64,000 nucleotides of DNA. Origin: Deltaproteobacteria bacterium. GTDB taxonomy: Bacteria > Myxococcota > Kuafuiibacteriia > Kuafuiibacteriales > Kuafuiibacteriaceae. Below, one piece after another: positions 54,581 through 64,000 of the stretch. The notes under the pieces were generated by a model that searched no databases, was not told where the DNA came from, and saw only the letters and a list, made by a program, of their open reading frames with translations. The stretch lies in NCBI GenBank assembly GCA_040218735.1, contig JAVJQW010000050.1, positions 128,001-192,000 of the forward strand. The letters are read 5' to 3'. The position numbers were made by a program, and so were the translations under genes. Every line of letters begins with the position of its first letter. The first letter of the stretch is position 1.

Positions 54581-56007
54581 GACGCCACCGCCGCGCGCCA
54601 GATCCCGTGGAAGGTCGGCGGGAGCGGCTGGTCGAACCAGCACCGCGCGACGGGGGCATCGTCGGGCCGGGCCGCGTCGAGGATCGTCAGGTTCGTGCGC
54701 CCCGCGACGTGATCGTACACGTGCGCGAGCAGGTACCCGTCGGCGTAGATCGGCTCGGACACGAAGTCCGCAGGACCGACGTCGTAACGGACGGCCTCGC
54801 CGCGGTTCACGTCCACGCGAACGATCGCGTCGAACCCCGAGCGCGTCCGCGCCGCGGAGTGCGCCGCGAGGTAGACGTGTTCGTAAGCGCGTCCGCAATC
54901 GCCGAGGGGGATCTGCGGGAACTCACACGAGCCGTCGAACAGCACCTCTTCGGTGGTCGCACCGGTCATCGGATCGATCCGCCGTCGGACGAGCACGCCA
55001 TCCGCGGCGACGCTCGGGACGCGAACCTCGAAGAGCGCGGAGAGGTAGTCGTTCGTCGCGAAGTCGTCGTAGCGAACGAAGTCGACGACGAGCGCACCGC
55101 CCTCCTCGTACGCGTTCGCGAAGTGCCACTGGTAGAACGCCTCCGTCGTGAAGCGGCGCACCGGTTCCGTCGCGTCGAGCGGTACGACGATCACCTCGGT
55201 GCCCCGCTCCGGGCGCCACGAGATCGCGTCGAGCGGCGTCTTCGCGCCGAACAGCACCGCGGTGGTGTCCATCTCGAGCGGCGCGACGAAGAACACCGCG
55301 TAGCGCTGAGTGACCGCGAAGTCGTGCACGAAGGGCGGATGCCCATCGAGCGGGATGCGGCGCACGCGCTCCACGCGCGCGCCCATTCGGTAGAGCGACA
55401 GCGTCGTGACCCGACCGACCTGGACGCCGAAGTTGTACACGGTGCCGTCGGGCGCGGTGCTCGGGTGCGCGGAGAGCGGGGACGACAGCGCACCGTCGAG
55501 ATCCGTCACGCCGATCGTCTCGAGCGTCCGCGGATCGATCTCGGTGGGGCGCCCGACTTCGTACAGCGCGAGGAGGCGATCGTCCCACCACATCACGCTC
55601 GTGTTCGCCGGGTTGCGGGCGCGCCCGGTGAGGACCGACCACAGCTGGGAGAGCCGCCCACCGGAGCGCGTCGCGAAGCCGAGCGTCGAGGTCCTCCCGC
55701 TGGTGCGCTCGCCGTCGAGGTGCCAGCTCGCGACGTGCCGGACCGCGCCGAACGCTCGGCCGCCGTCGAGGCGGATCGCGCTGATGGCGCCGTCGCCGTC
55801 GAACCAGTGGCCGTACCGCCCGTCCGCGTTGCCGAAGCGCGCGGGGCCGTTGCGGTAGAGCGTCCCCGCGAGCGCGGCGGGGATCCTGCCTTCGACCTCG
55901 AGCGGCTCGAAGCCGTGCTCACGGCGCAGGTCGGTGAACAGCCGCGCGAGCGCGGGGCGGGGGTCGTGGGGGGTTTGGGGTGCAGTGCGGGTTCGAGCGA
56001 GGACCAT
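54577..56007 (-). CDS. carotenoid cleavage oxygenase (RPE65 family)
   Basis: GTLYRNGP, HWFDGDG, SAHP, FVHDF, WHFANA, CEFP, SEP and TFHG (four Fe-binding His). Confidence 0.95.
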   Translation of the reverse strand: MVLARTRTAPQTPHDPRPALARLFTDLRREHGFEPLEVEGRIPAALAGTLYRNGPARFGNADGRYGHWFDGDGAISAIRLDGGRAFGAVRHVASWHLDGERTSGRTSTLGFATRSGGRLSQLWSVLTGRARNPANTSVMWWDDRLLALYEVGRPTEIDPRTLETIGVTDLDGALSSPLSAHPSTAPDGTVYNFGVQVGRVTTLSLYRMGARVERVRRIPLDGHPPFVHDFAVTQRYAVFFVAPLEMDTTAVLFGAKTPLDAISWRPERGTEVIVVPLDATEPVRRFTTEAFYQWHFANAYEEGGALVVDFVRYDDFATNDYLSALFEVRVPSVAADGVLVRRRIDPMTGATTEEVLFDGSCEFPQIPLGDCGRAYEHVYLAAHSAARTRSGFDAIVRVDVNRGEAVRYDVGPADFVSEPIYADGYLLAHVYDHVAGRTNLTILDAARPDDAPVARCWFDQPLPPTFHGIWRAAVAS

Positions 56008-56027
56008 CTTCGAGGACTCCTTCCTAG

Positions 56028-56078
56028 ATGTTGACGGTGTCCACATTGGATCCACAGACATGTTGACGGTGTCAACAT
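56028..56078. promoter_or_regulatory. two TetR operator palindromes
   Basis: ATGTTGAC-GGT-GTCCACAT (56028-56046) and perfect ATGTTGAC-GGT-GTCAACAT (56060-56078) between divergent genes. Confidence 0.85.
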
Positions 56079-56102
56079 CAGCTGCGACCCTGGTCCTGGA
56101 CC

Positions 56103-56711
56103 GTGCGTCGCGCCGACAAGAAGAAGCCGACCTACCACCACGGCGATCTCCGCCGTGCGCTGCTCGACGCGGCGATCGCGCTGGTCGGCGAAGGGGGCAT
56201 CGACGCCCTCACCCTCCGCGAGGCGGCCCGCCGCGCCGGCGTCTCGCACAACGCGCCCTACCGCCACTTCGCGGACAAGGAGGCGCTCCTCGTCGCCATC
56301 GCGACGGAGGGGTTCGAGCGGTTGGCCGACGCCCTCGCCGCCGCAGAGTCGGAGGCGCCGGACGACTTCGAGCGCTTCGTCGGTGGCGGCGAGGCGTACG
56401 TGACCTTCGCGCTCGAAAACGCGGCGCACTACCGCGTGATGTTCGGCCCCACCCTCGCGAACAAGATCGGGCAACACCCGGAGCTCGACGTCGTCGGCAT
56501 GCGCGCGTTCAAGGGGCTCCTCGATCACGTCGAGCGCGCCGAAGCGCGCGGGCTCCTCCCCGGCGACCGCCCCGCCGACGCCATCGCGATGACGATGTGG
56601 GCCTACGTCCACGGCCTCGCGATGCTCGTGCTCGACGGACACCTCCCGCTCGAGGCCGACGCCGCGCGCGCGCTCGTGCGCGGCACGGCGACGACGATGA
56701 CCCGGGCCTGA
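56103..56711 (+). CDS. TetR/AcrR family regulator (WHG-type C-terminus)
   Basis: YHHGDLRRALL, LTLREAARRAGVSHNAPYRHF and WAYVHG. Confidence 0.95.
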   Translation: MRRADKKKPTYHHGDLRRALLDAAIALVGEGGIDALTLREAARRAGVSHNAPYRHFADKEALLVAIATEGFERLADALAAAESEAPDDFERFVGGGEAYVTFALENAAHYRVMFGPTLANKIGQHPELDVVGMRAFKGLLDHVERAEARGLLPGDRPADAIAMTMWAYVHGLAMLVLDGHLPLEADAARALVRGTATTMTRA

Positions 56712-56712
56712 C

Positions 56713-58911
56713 TCAGCGGACGAGCTGAGGTCGCAGCGAGACGGTGCGGTCGCGCACCAGCACCTGGAAGCGCACCGCGCGACACTGGTGCCGATCGAGG
56801 AGCGCCTGCTCGCTGGAGCGGAGCTTGGACCGGAACCCCTCGTAGGTGATCGAGTCGACCGGCTCCCCGAGCTGCGCCTTGCTCCCCACGAACTGATCGT
56901 AGACCGAGCGGTAGTGCGCCTCGTCGAAGGGCTGCAGCGAATCGATCTGCGCCGGCTCCGGGCGACTCGAGCTCATGTTCGGGCCGAGCTGCGGCACGGA
57001 CATTCCGACCTTCGACGGCGGCAACCCACGCACCGTCCCGGACGGGCCGTGCGACGAGGTCGACGGCGCACCGAAACCATCGTTCGGAGGTTGGGACGAA
57101 AACGGGCTCGGCGCCCCGAACGGACCGGCACCCCCCGGCGGCGGTGCGCCGAGACCCGAGGTCGAAGCGGAGGACGCGGGGAACGCGGACTGCTGCGGAG
57201 CGCGCGGCGGGTGGGTGTGGTTGTCGCCGAACGCCGACGGTGTGTTGCTGCCGGGGAGCGGGATCGCCTCGCGCTTCGGCTCCAGCAGCTCCGGATCGTA
57301 AGGCGTCGGCGCGAAGCTGATCGCGGACGGCTTCGGCGGGGGCGTCTGGTAGGCCTGGCGCTGCGCTTCCGCGCGTTGCGCGGCGGCGACCTCGGGCGGC
57401 ACACCGCCCTTCGGCGCGGGCAGATCGTCCGGGCCGTCCATCGACGACGCCACCGGGCGCGGCGGCGCCGACGCTCGCGCGGCCTGCGCGATCGCATCGA
57501 ACGGCGACGCGGGCGGCGGAGGTTTGGGGGCCACCGGCGCCGGCGGTGGCGCGGTCGGCGCGTCGAACGGATGGGGCGCGCGGCTCTGCGTCGAGGGCGG
57601 CAGCGGGATGCCACCGTCGGGCGCCTTCGACGCCGGCATCGTCTTCTGCGCGAACTGCGCCTCGAGGGAGCTCGTCGACTGCGACGGCGACGCCGGGAAC
57701 CGCACCGCGTCCGACACCGCGGCGGGTGGCTGCAGCTGCGGTTCGAGCGGCGGCAGCGGGACCTCGCCGGTCTTCGGCGGCGGGGGCGGCGGCTGCGAGG
57801 ACGCCGGCGGCGCGCTCAAGAAGTCGATCTTCGGCGGCGGCTTCGTGTCGGGCGCCGACGGACCCGGCGCGGGGATGGTGGGCAGCGATCCGGAAGCCGA
57901 CGCGAGCGCCGCGGCGACGTGCGCGTCGCTGTCGGGTGCAGGCGTGGGCTGAGGCGCGAACGACGGTGCGTTCGGGAGCGCCGCGAGGTCCGGCACCGAG
58001 GGCGCCGTCGCCGGCACCTCGATGGCCTCCACCGCGGCCTTCGGCGCGAAGACGCCGAGCAGGAACATCATCAACACCAGCGCGCCGAACACCACCGCGA
58101 GCAGCAAACGCACCTGCGGGATCGCGCGGGCCGAGGCACCGTCCGCGACCTTCGAGAGCCCGAACGCGGTGATCTTCGACGCCGAGTCGTCGTCCAGCGA
58201 GCGGTCGTGCATCGCGAACATCGTGCCGAGGAGCACGACGGACGACCCCTTCGTCTTCACGTCGAAGACACCGAGTGACTTGGGGTCGAGCGTCCCGGTC
58301 ACCGGCGCGCCTCCGTGCGCGAGCACGACGTGGGTGTCCGTCGGCAACGACGTCACGAGGCGCTGAACACTCGCACGCGACAGCGGCATCGCGAGGACGA
58401 GCGCCGCGGGCTTCGCGGTCGGCCCGACCGGCACCGAGGTCACGAGCATGACATCGACGCCCATCCGTTCGAGGCGTGTGGAGGGCCCGCCCTCCTGCGC
58501 CGCGATCGTCCCGGGCAGGCGCGCGAGCGCACCGACGTCGTCCCCGCCGGCGATCATCTCGAGCCCCGGACCGATCAGCGCCGCTTGCCCCTGCCCGCCG
58601 AGCTGCGCGCGGGCGCTCTGCAGCGCCTGCGCGAGGAGGCGGTCTCGGCGAGTGCTGTTGCGGATCGACGCGCCGAGGTCACCCAGGACCTCCGTGTCCT
58701 GAAGCGCGGTCGCGGCGCGGCGTTGGCGATCGACGAGGTCGTCCCAGGCGCTCGCCAGCTCCGACGCCGCGAGCCGGGCGTTGGAGGTGGCCATCAGCTG
58801 CGATTCGAGCTCGGCGCTCGGGCCGACGATCGCCTCGACGGCGAACCAGGCCCCGCCGAACAACAGCGCGAGGCCCACCAAGGCCTGGAGCGGGATGGCG
58901 AATCGCTTCAA
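56713..58911 (-). CDS. membrane protein with Pro-rich linker and MXAN_5187-like C-terminal domain
   Basis: Two TMs flanking a periplasmic domain, ~350-aa Pro-rich region, ending EAHYRSVYDQFV..K..LGE...FRSKL...VRFQV. Confidence 0.75.
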   Translation of the reverse strand: MKRFAIPLQALVGLALLFGGAWFAVEAIVGPSAELESQLMATSNARLAASELASAWDDLVDRQRRAATALQDTEVLGDLGASIRNSTRRDRLLAQALQSARAQLGGQGQAALIGPGLEMIAGGDDVGALARLPGTIAAQEGGPSTRLERMGVDVMLVTSVPVGPTAKPAALVLAMPLSRASVQRLVTSLPTDTHVVLAHGGAPVTGTLDPKSLGVFDVKTKGSSVVLLGTMFAMHDRSLDDDSASKITAFGLSKVADGASARAIPQVRLLLAVVFGALVLMMFLLGVFAPKAAVEAIEVPATAPSVPDLAALPNAPSFAPQPTPAPDSDAHVAAALASASGSLPTIPAPGPSAPDTKPPPKIDFLSAPPASSQPPPPPPKTGEVPLPPLEPQLQPPAAVSDAVRFPASPSQSTSSLEAQFAQKTMPASKAPDGGIPLPPSTQSRAPHPFDAPTAPPPAPVAPKPPPPASPFDAIAQAARASAPPRPVASSMDGPDDLPAPKGGVPPEVAAAQRAEAQRQAYQTPPPKPSAISFAPTPYDPELLEPKREAIPLPGSNTPSAFGDNHTHPPRAPQQSAFPASSASTSGLGAPPPGGAGPFGAPSPFSSQPPNDGFGAPSTSSHGPSGTVRGLPPSKVGMSVPQLGPNMSSSRPEPAQIDSLQPFDEAHYRSVYDQFVGSKAQLGEPVDSITYEGFRSKLRSSEQALLDRHQCRAVRFQVLVRDRTVSLRPQLVR

Positions 58912-59513
58912 GGAGACTCCCGCCTAGACCATTCCAAAGCCCAAGCTCGGATTCCAGTCACGTCCCCCGGTTTCTTCCCTGACCACGTCGACAGCACCGC
59001 TGTAGCCGCTTGACGTACCCGCTCGTCGCGGTCGTCGAGGCGCTCCGCGAGCAGCGTGCCGTGTGCGTGTGCGGCGTCCTGACCGCGATATCCGAGCGCC
59101 TCGACGGCGAGCACACGGACCTGCGCGTCGGGGTGCAAGAGGTACCGGCGCATGCCCTCCGGACGACGCGACGAGAAGTCCGCGATCGTGGAGGGCAGCA
59201 GCAGCAGCGCGAAGACCACGCCGAACGCGATCTGGAAGAACGCCTTACCGGCCGGATAGCGACGGCGCTTCACGAGGAGCGCGCGGTCGACGGCGTACGC
59301 GAGGAGGAACGCCGTGTAGAGGATCATCGGGAGGAACAGCCAGAACGCGGGGAGCGCGCCGCGCTTCACGGCGCCGCCGAGCGCGGGCTGCAGGAACAAC
59401 GCCGCCACCGCCGTGAGCGCGAGCAACACGTACAGCGCAATGCGCAGGGGTTTGGCGTTCACCGGCACGCCGGGGATGGGGTCCGTCGCTTTGGGCGGGG
59501 CGTCCTGGGCCAT
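58908..59513 (-). CDS. membrane protein with C-terminal HEAT repeats
   Basis: Three TMs followed by HPDAQVRVLAVEALG and DRDERVRQAA. Confidence 0.75.
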   Translation of the reverse strand: MAQDAPPKATDPIPGVPVNAKPLRIALYVLLALTAVAALFLQPALGGAVKRGALPAFWLFLPMILYTAFLLAYAVDRALLVKRRRYPAGKAFFQIAFGVVFALLLLPSTIADFSSRRPEGMRRYLLHPDAQVRVLAVEALGYRGQDAAHAHGTLLAERLDDRDERVRQAATAVLSTWSGKKPGDVTGIRAWALEWSRRESP

Positions 59514-59645
59514 GCCATGCCGGAGTCCGAAGTGCTCCGTTTCATTCGAGTACCGCCGAACCGCACCTGGCGCAACATCCAGGACACGTCCGGGCCGCGC
59601 ATGTCCCCTGCCGAATCGGCGTCGCGCGGACTATAAGACCTCACG

Positions 59646-60674
59646 ATGAGAGCCTTCGCCTTCCTCCTCGCCGCGCTGCTCGCGACCTCCGCGTGCGCCG
59701 GCGACGAGCCCGCCGAGATCCAGGTGCGCTGGCGCCACACGCGCGACCGCCCCGTCGCACCCCCTGCACTGGGCCCCGAGGACCGCGTCATCGTCTTCGA
59801 GCGCGAGAACCCGGCGCAGTTCCAGATCATCGACTCGACCGGCTTCGAGCTCGAGGGCCCCTACGACACGTTCCCGACCCTGCACGCCCCGGCGGTGGTC
59901 GGCACGAACATCTACATCGTCACGTCGATCGGGCGCATCGTGCACACCGACCTCGCCGGACAGGACCTCGCGGCGCCCGACGTGATGCTCGGCGCCACCG
60001 CGCCGATCGTCGCCGCCGCGGACGGCACGCTCCGGGTCGCCGCGACCTCGGGGCGCCTGATCGCCTTCGACGACGCCGGGACGATCCTCTTCGACGTCAA
60101 CGTCGGCGGCGCGACCGACACGGCCCCCGCCGTGAGCGAGGACGGCGTCACCTACGTCGCGACCGACACCGGCAGCCTCGTCGGTTACGACATCGCCGGC
60201 GACAAGGTCTTCGACGAGACGCTCGTCGGCCAGGGCTCGGGCCCGAGCGCACGTGGGCAGACGATCGCGGTCGGCGACGCCGACGGCGTGAAGGCGTTCT
60301 CGGCGAACGGCGAGGTGATCTTCGATCACCCGCGCGCCGCGCGCGTCACGGGCACGCGCATCCTCGCCAACGGCGACATCCTCGCGTGGGGCGAAGACGG
60401 CGCGGTGGAGCTGCTCGACGCGAGCGGCGCCGTGAAGTCGAGCTACGTCGCGGGCCCGCCGATCTACGTCCCGGTGATCGAGATCGACGAAGACCTCGCG
60501 GTGATCGACGACGACGGCATCGCCCACCGCGTCGGCCGCGACGGCGTCGGCCGCGCGACCTTCGACCTCGGCGGCAAAGCCGGACGACACCTCGTCGTCG
60601 GCGAGACGATCGCCTACGTGATGGTCGCGGTCGGCAACGAGGTGCTCGCCGTCGACTTCTTCTTCGGCGGCTGA
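59646..60674 (+). CDS. PQQ-like beta-propeller lipoprotein
   Basis: Lipobox TSAC; repeated P.V..DG..YV....G.L.A.D units. Confidence 0.8.
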   Translation: MRAFAFLLAALLATSACAGDEPAEIQVRWRHTRDRPVAPPALGPEDRVIVFERENPAQFQIIDSTGFELEGPYDTFPTLHAPAVVGTNIYIVTSIGRIVHTDLAGQDLAAPDVMLGATAPIVAAADGTLRVAATSGRLIAFDDAGTILFDVNVGGATDTAPAVSEDGVTYVATDTGSLVGYDIAGDKVFDETLVGQGSGPSARGQTIAVGDADGVKAFSANGEVIFDHPRAARVTGTRILANGDILAWGEDGAVELLDASGAVKSSYVAGPPIYVPVIEIDEDLAVIDDDGIAHRVGRDGVGRATFDLGGKAGRHLVVGETIAYVMVAVGNEVLAVDFFFGG

Positions 60675-60675
60675 A

Positions 60676-61701
60676 TCACCGCGCGCCGATGAACGCGGCG
60701 ATGGCGTCCACCACCGCTTCGCGCTGCGAGAACATGAGGAAGTGGTCCTCATCGGCGAAGTACCGCGTCGTCACCGTCGCTGTGCCGGTCCGCAGCACGT
60801 CCACCGCCTCGCGGACGTGTTCGACGGGGATGCGCCGGTCGGCGCCCCCGTGCATCACCAGGACCGGCGGACCGCTCCAGCCCCGCACTCGATCGCCGTC
60901 GATGACCGCGCTGATCAACACAACACCGCGCAGCCCCTCGCGGTCGAGGCCGGTCGCGCCGGCGCCGCCCTGGGAGAGCGCCGCGACGAACACTCGATCG
61001 GGGTCGCCGTCGAGGGACTCCACCGCGAAGCGGCGCGCGTCATCCACGACCCGCTGCGTGCGCACGTCGTCGAAGTAACCGCCGAAGCCCACCGTCGGGC
61101 AGACAACCACCGCGTCGATGGCGCTGAGCACGTGCGCGTAGCTCGCGAAGTTCCCGCCCGCGCCGTGCAAGAAGATCAGCACCGGCGCCTTCCCCCCGTC
61201 GTGACGCGCCCGCGACCAGTAACGATGGCCGTCCTCCGCCGCACCGATCACGTCGCGGTACCCGTACACGAGCGCGCTCCGCGGCGGCCCGTCCATCTCG
61301 TCGTAGATCGGTCGTGTGATCCCGCGGAGGCGCCGCGCCTGGTCGAAGTCGACGTACGGATCGAACACCGACGCCAACGCGATCCCCACCTCGACCTGAT
61401 CGATCTCCGGGATGATCTGGAAGAACCCACCGTCGATCGGCCCGCTCTCGACCGTCCGCAGCGAGCCGTTCGCCGGCACCGTCACCATCAACCCCACGAA
61501 CAGCGCCAGCGCGACGGCACCGAACGGCCACGCGCGCTTCGGCCGGTGATACATCGCGACGAGGAGCGCGACCGCGAGCAGCATCCCCGCGACGCCGAGC
61601 AAGAGCCCGCGCGTCGTCTGCGACGACAGCAAGAGGACGAGGGTGGGCGGCAGCCCGAAGATCAGCGCGACGACCCCGATCGAGCGCGCCAGGATCTCCA
61701 C
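60676..61701 (-). CDS. membrane-anchored alpha/beta hydrolase
   Basis: Three N-terminal TMs, IFLHGAGGN, ALSQGG, HGGADRRI and EDHF. Confidence 0.85.
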   Translation of the reverse strand: MEILARSIGVVALIFGLPPTLVLLLSSQTTRGLLLGVAGMLLAVALLVAMYHRPKRAWPFGAVALALFVGLMVTVPANGSLRTVESGPIDGGFFQIIPEIDQVEVGIALASVFDPYVDFDQARRLRGITRPIYDEMDGPPRSALVYGYRDVIGAAEDGHRYWSRARHDGGKAPVLIFLHGAGGNFASYAHVLSAIDAVVVCPTVGFGGYFDDVRTQRVVDDARRFAVESLDGDPDRVFVAALSQGGAGATGLDREGLRGVVLISAVIDGDRVRGWSGPPVLVMHGGADRRIPVEHVREAVDVLRTGTATVTTRYFADEDHFLMFSQREAVVDAIAAFIGAR

Positions 61702-61716
61702 GGCCTTGGACCGAGC

Positions 61717-64000
61717 TCAGGACTGAATCGAGAAGCCCAGCTTCGCGCGGACCTTGAAGTACTCCTCGCTCACCGCGTACGCGAGTAGCTCGCGGATCGC
61801 CGGCACCTTGCCGAGCGTCTCCGCCGCGCCCGCGGCGTCCGGGAAGACCGGGCGCACGTCGAAGTCCTTCGCGATGTTGCGCACCGCGACCTCGATGTCG
61901 TTCGTCACCACGAGCCCCGCGCGGTTCGCGGTGTGCGTCGACGCCGACCGGTGGCGCACGACGTCGACCGGGCCCTGCGTGAGCAACCGCCCCGCCTCCT
62001 CCAGGAACTTCCGCGAGCGGCTCGGCAACACCTTCGCGATCTGACGCTGCATGGCGTCCAACGCGTTGGCGTCGACCGGCACCGAGACGTTGTTGTTCCC
62101 GAAGCGCGCCACCGACCACAGCAGCACCTCCAGGTCGCGGTCGTTCAGCTGCGCCAACAGGTGGTGCCCACCCTTGATGCGCTCGAGCTGCCGCGCGATC
62201 AGGAAGCGCTGATCCTTGTCCTGGATCCGGCGCCCGACGTTCGAACCCACGATCAACACCGGCGGCTTCTCGTTCTCGACGAACAGCCCCAGCTCGAACT
62301 TCTTCGTGATCCACAGGTCGAACTGCGGCGCACCGAGCACGGCCGCCAGCTCGTCCGCGAGCTTGCGCAGCGCGAGCGTGGACTTCGACGTGTGTTTGTC
62401 CGCCTTGTCGAGCTCGTACCGACCGAAGTCGCCGGGGAACAGACGCGTCAGCTCCGCACCGCAGACCTCGAGCGTCGCGCGGATCGCGCCGCGCTCGTTC
62501 GGGTGCGTGACGAGCCGATCGTGGTCCTCGTACGTGAGCTGCGCCGCCGCGTGCGGCGCCACCTTCGACTTGTGCTCGTGATAGTAGAGGTCCTCGTCCT
62601 GGTGCTGCGCACGCAGGAACACCAAGATCTCCGCGACCACGAACGCCTTGTCGTGCTCACCGCGCCGCTCATACATGCGGTGCATCTCGTGGTAGCTCTC
62701 CACCCGGAACGGGTCGAGCTGCAGCAGACGCCGATGCGCGTCCACCGCCTGCGGGTACATGTCGACCGACTTCGAGTAGAGCTTCGCCAGCGACAGCAGC
62801 GCGTCCTGGTTCGCCGGGTCCGCGTCCAGCGCGTACTTCAACGCGTTGATCGCCCGCGCGTCGTCCTTGATGCGGTGCTCGAAGACGTCCGCCATCTTCA
62901 AGTGCAGCGGCGCCGCCTTGTGTTTTTCGTCGGGCCCGAGCAACCGCACGTAGGCCGCGGTGGCTTCCGCGAGCGACTGCCAGTCGCCTTCCGCCTCGTA
63001 CAGCCGTGACAGGCGCACGACCGCCTCGCTGTTCGACGGGTCGATCTCCATCACCTTGCGGTTCGCGAGGATCGCGTTCTTCCGATCCGAGAGCCCCTCT
63101 TCGTAGATGCGCCCCAGCTCGAGCAGCACCTTGATCTTCTTCTTCGGCTCCTGCTCCACCTCGGCGAGGCGCAGCCGCACGTTCACCGCCGAGCCCCAGT
63201 CCTCCGCCGACTCGTAGACCGACGCGAGGCGCTCCAGACACTCCGAGTTGCCCGGGTCGGCCTGCAGCGCCGCCTGGAACGACTGCACGCACTTCACCAG
63301 ATCCTGGCGGTGCTCCTGATAGATGATGCCGAGCGACTTGAACGCGCCCAGCAGCACCGTCGGCTCCTTACTGACCGCGAGCGTCCGGTGGAAGATGTCC
63401 GTCGCCTCGTCCCAGTTCTGCTGCGAGAACAGCAGCGGCCCGAGCCGCACCAACGCGACCACGTGTTTGTCGTCGCGCGACAACACCTCGCGGTAGTACT
63501 TCGCTGCCCGCTCGCTGTCGTGCAGACGGTCCTGCGCGATCTGGCCAGCGGCCACGTACAGCTGACTCTGCGCGGGGACCTCCTCGATCGCACGCGCGCG
63601 CGTGTCGAGCAGGCCGATCATCGGCTCCCAGGCCTCGCGCTCCAGGTAGATCGCCTCGAGCCGGTTGAACGCCCCGAGGTGCGAGGGCGCGCGCTTCAGC
63701 ACCGCCTCATACGTCCCGATCGCTTCGTCGACCCGACCGAACTGGTCCTGCTGGATCCGCCCGGCCTGGAACAACAGCTCGCGCGCGTGCTGCGCGTCCG
63801 CCGTGACCTCACCCTCGCGTCGGACCATCGCCAACGCGGTCTCCGCGTCCTGCGCGGCCTCCGCGATACGACGCCGCCCGCGGAGCGCGGCCAAGCTGTT
63901 CGGCGCGACTTCGAGCGCGCGGTCGTACAGGTCCGCCGCGTAGGTCGCGTCCTGAACGCGGTTCTCCGCGACGTCCGCCGCGCGCAGGTACAGGCTCGCC
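61717..64000 (-). CDS. very large TPR protein, 3' portion (5' end outside the window)
   Basis: Frame is open to the window edge; continuous TPR repeats and a C-terminal RFLIARQL...ANRAGL domain typical of myxobacterial giant TPR proteins. Confidence 0.88.
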   Translation of the reverse strand, partial: ASLYLRAADVAENRVQDATYAADLYDRALEVAPNSLAALRGRRRIAEAAQDAETALAMVRREGEVTADAQHARELLFQAGRIQQDQFGRVDEAIGTYEAVLKRAPSHLGAFNRLEAIYLEREAWEPMIGLLDTRARAIEEVPAQSQLYVAAGQIAQDRLHDSERAAKYYREVLSRDDKHVVALVRLGPLLFSQQNWDEATDIFHRTLAVSKEPTVLLGAFKSLGIIYQEHRQDLVKCVQSFQAALQADPGNSECLERLASVYESAEDWGSAVNVRLRLAEVEQEPKKKIKVLLELGRIYEEGLSDRKNAILANRKVMEIDPSNSEAVVRLSRLYEAEGDWQSLAEATAAYVRLLGPDEKHKAAPLHLKMADVFEHRIKDDARAINALKYALDADPANQDALLSLAKLYSKSVDMYPQAVDAHRRLLQLDPFRVESYHEMHRMYERRGEHDKAFVVAEILVFLRAQHQDEDLYYHEHKSKVAPHAAAQLTYEDHDRLVTHPNERGAIRATLEVCGAELTRLFPGDFGRYELDKADKHTSKSTLALRKLADELAAVLGAPQFDLWITKKFELGLFVENEKPPVLIVGSNVGRRIQDKDQRFLIARQLERIKGGHHLLAQLNDRDLEVLLWSVARFGNNNVSVPVDANALDAMQRQIAKVLPSRSRKFLEEAGRLLTQGPVDVVRHRSASTHTANRAGLVVTNDIEVAVRNIAKDFDVRPVFPDAAGAAETLGKVPAIRELLAYAVSEEYFKVRAKLGFSIQS

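Overview
High-GC bacterial DNA whose gene content (PEGA/TPR proteins, Ser/Thr kinases, FHA-sigma54 activators, MYXO-CTERM-like tail, MXAN_5187-like C-terminal domain) points to Myxococcota. Housekeeping genes: rpsB with a t44-type leader, nadD, secA, recN, an M23 peptidase and a PP2C phosphatase. The standout is a ~20 kb module (about 13.6-34.1 kb). It has an isolated type III secretion export gate (sctV) preceded by sctX/sctY-like genes, and divergent sigma54-type operons encoding small signal-less translocator-like and EspA/Bsp22-like filament proteins. Candidate effectors are an Ntox50-like toxin, a CHAP/NlpC-like peptidoglycan hydrolase, a calpain with Cys->Ala and a peptidoglycan-binding protein. 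Regulation may come from a kinase and two complementary 'half-defective' FHA-bEBPs, and a TTGC-N7-GCAA motif recurs near the sigma54 promoters. No rRNA, tRNA, CRISPR array or mobile element was seen. All family calls come from motif recognition by eye; no database search was run.
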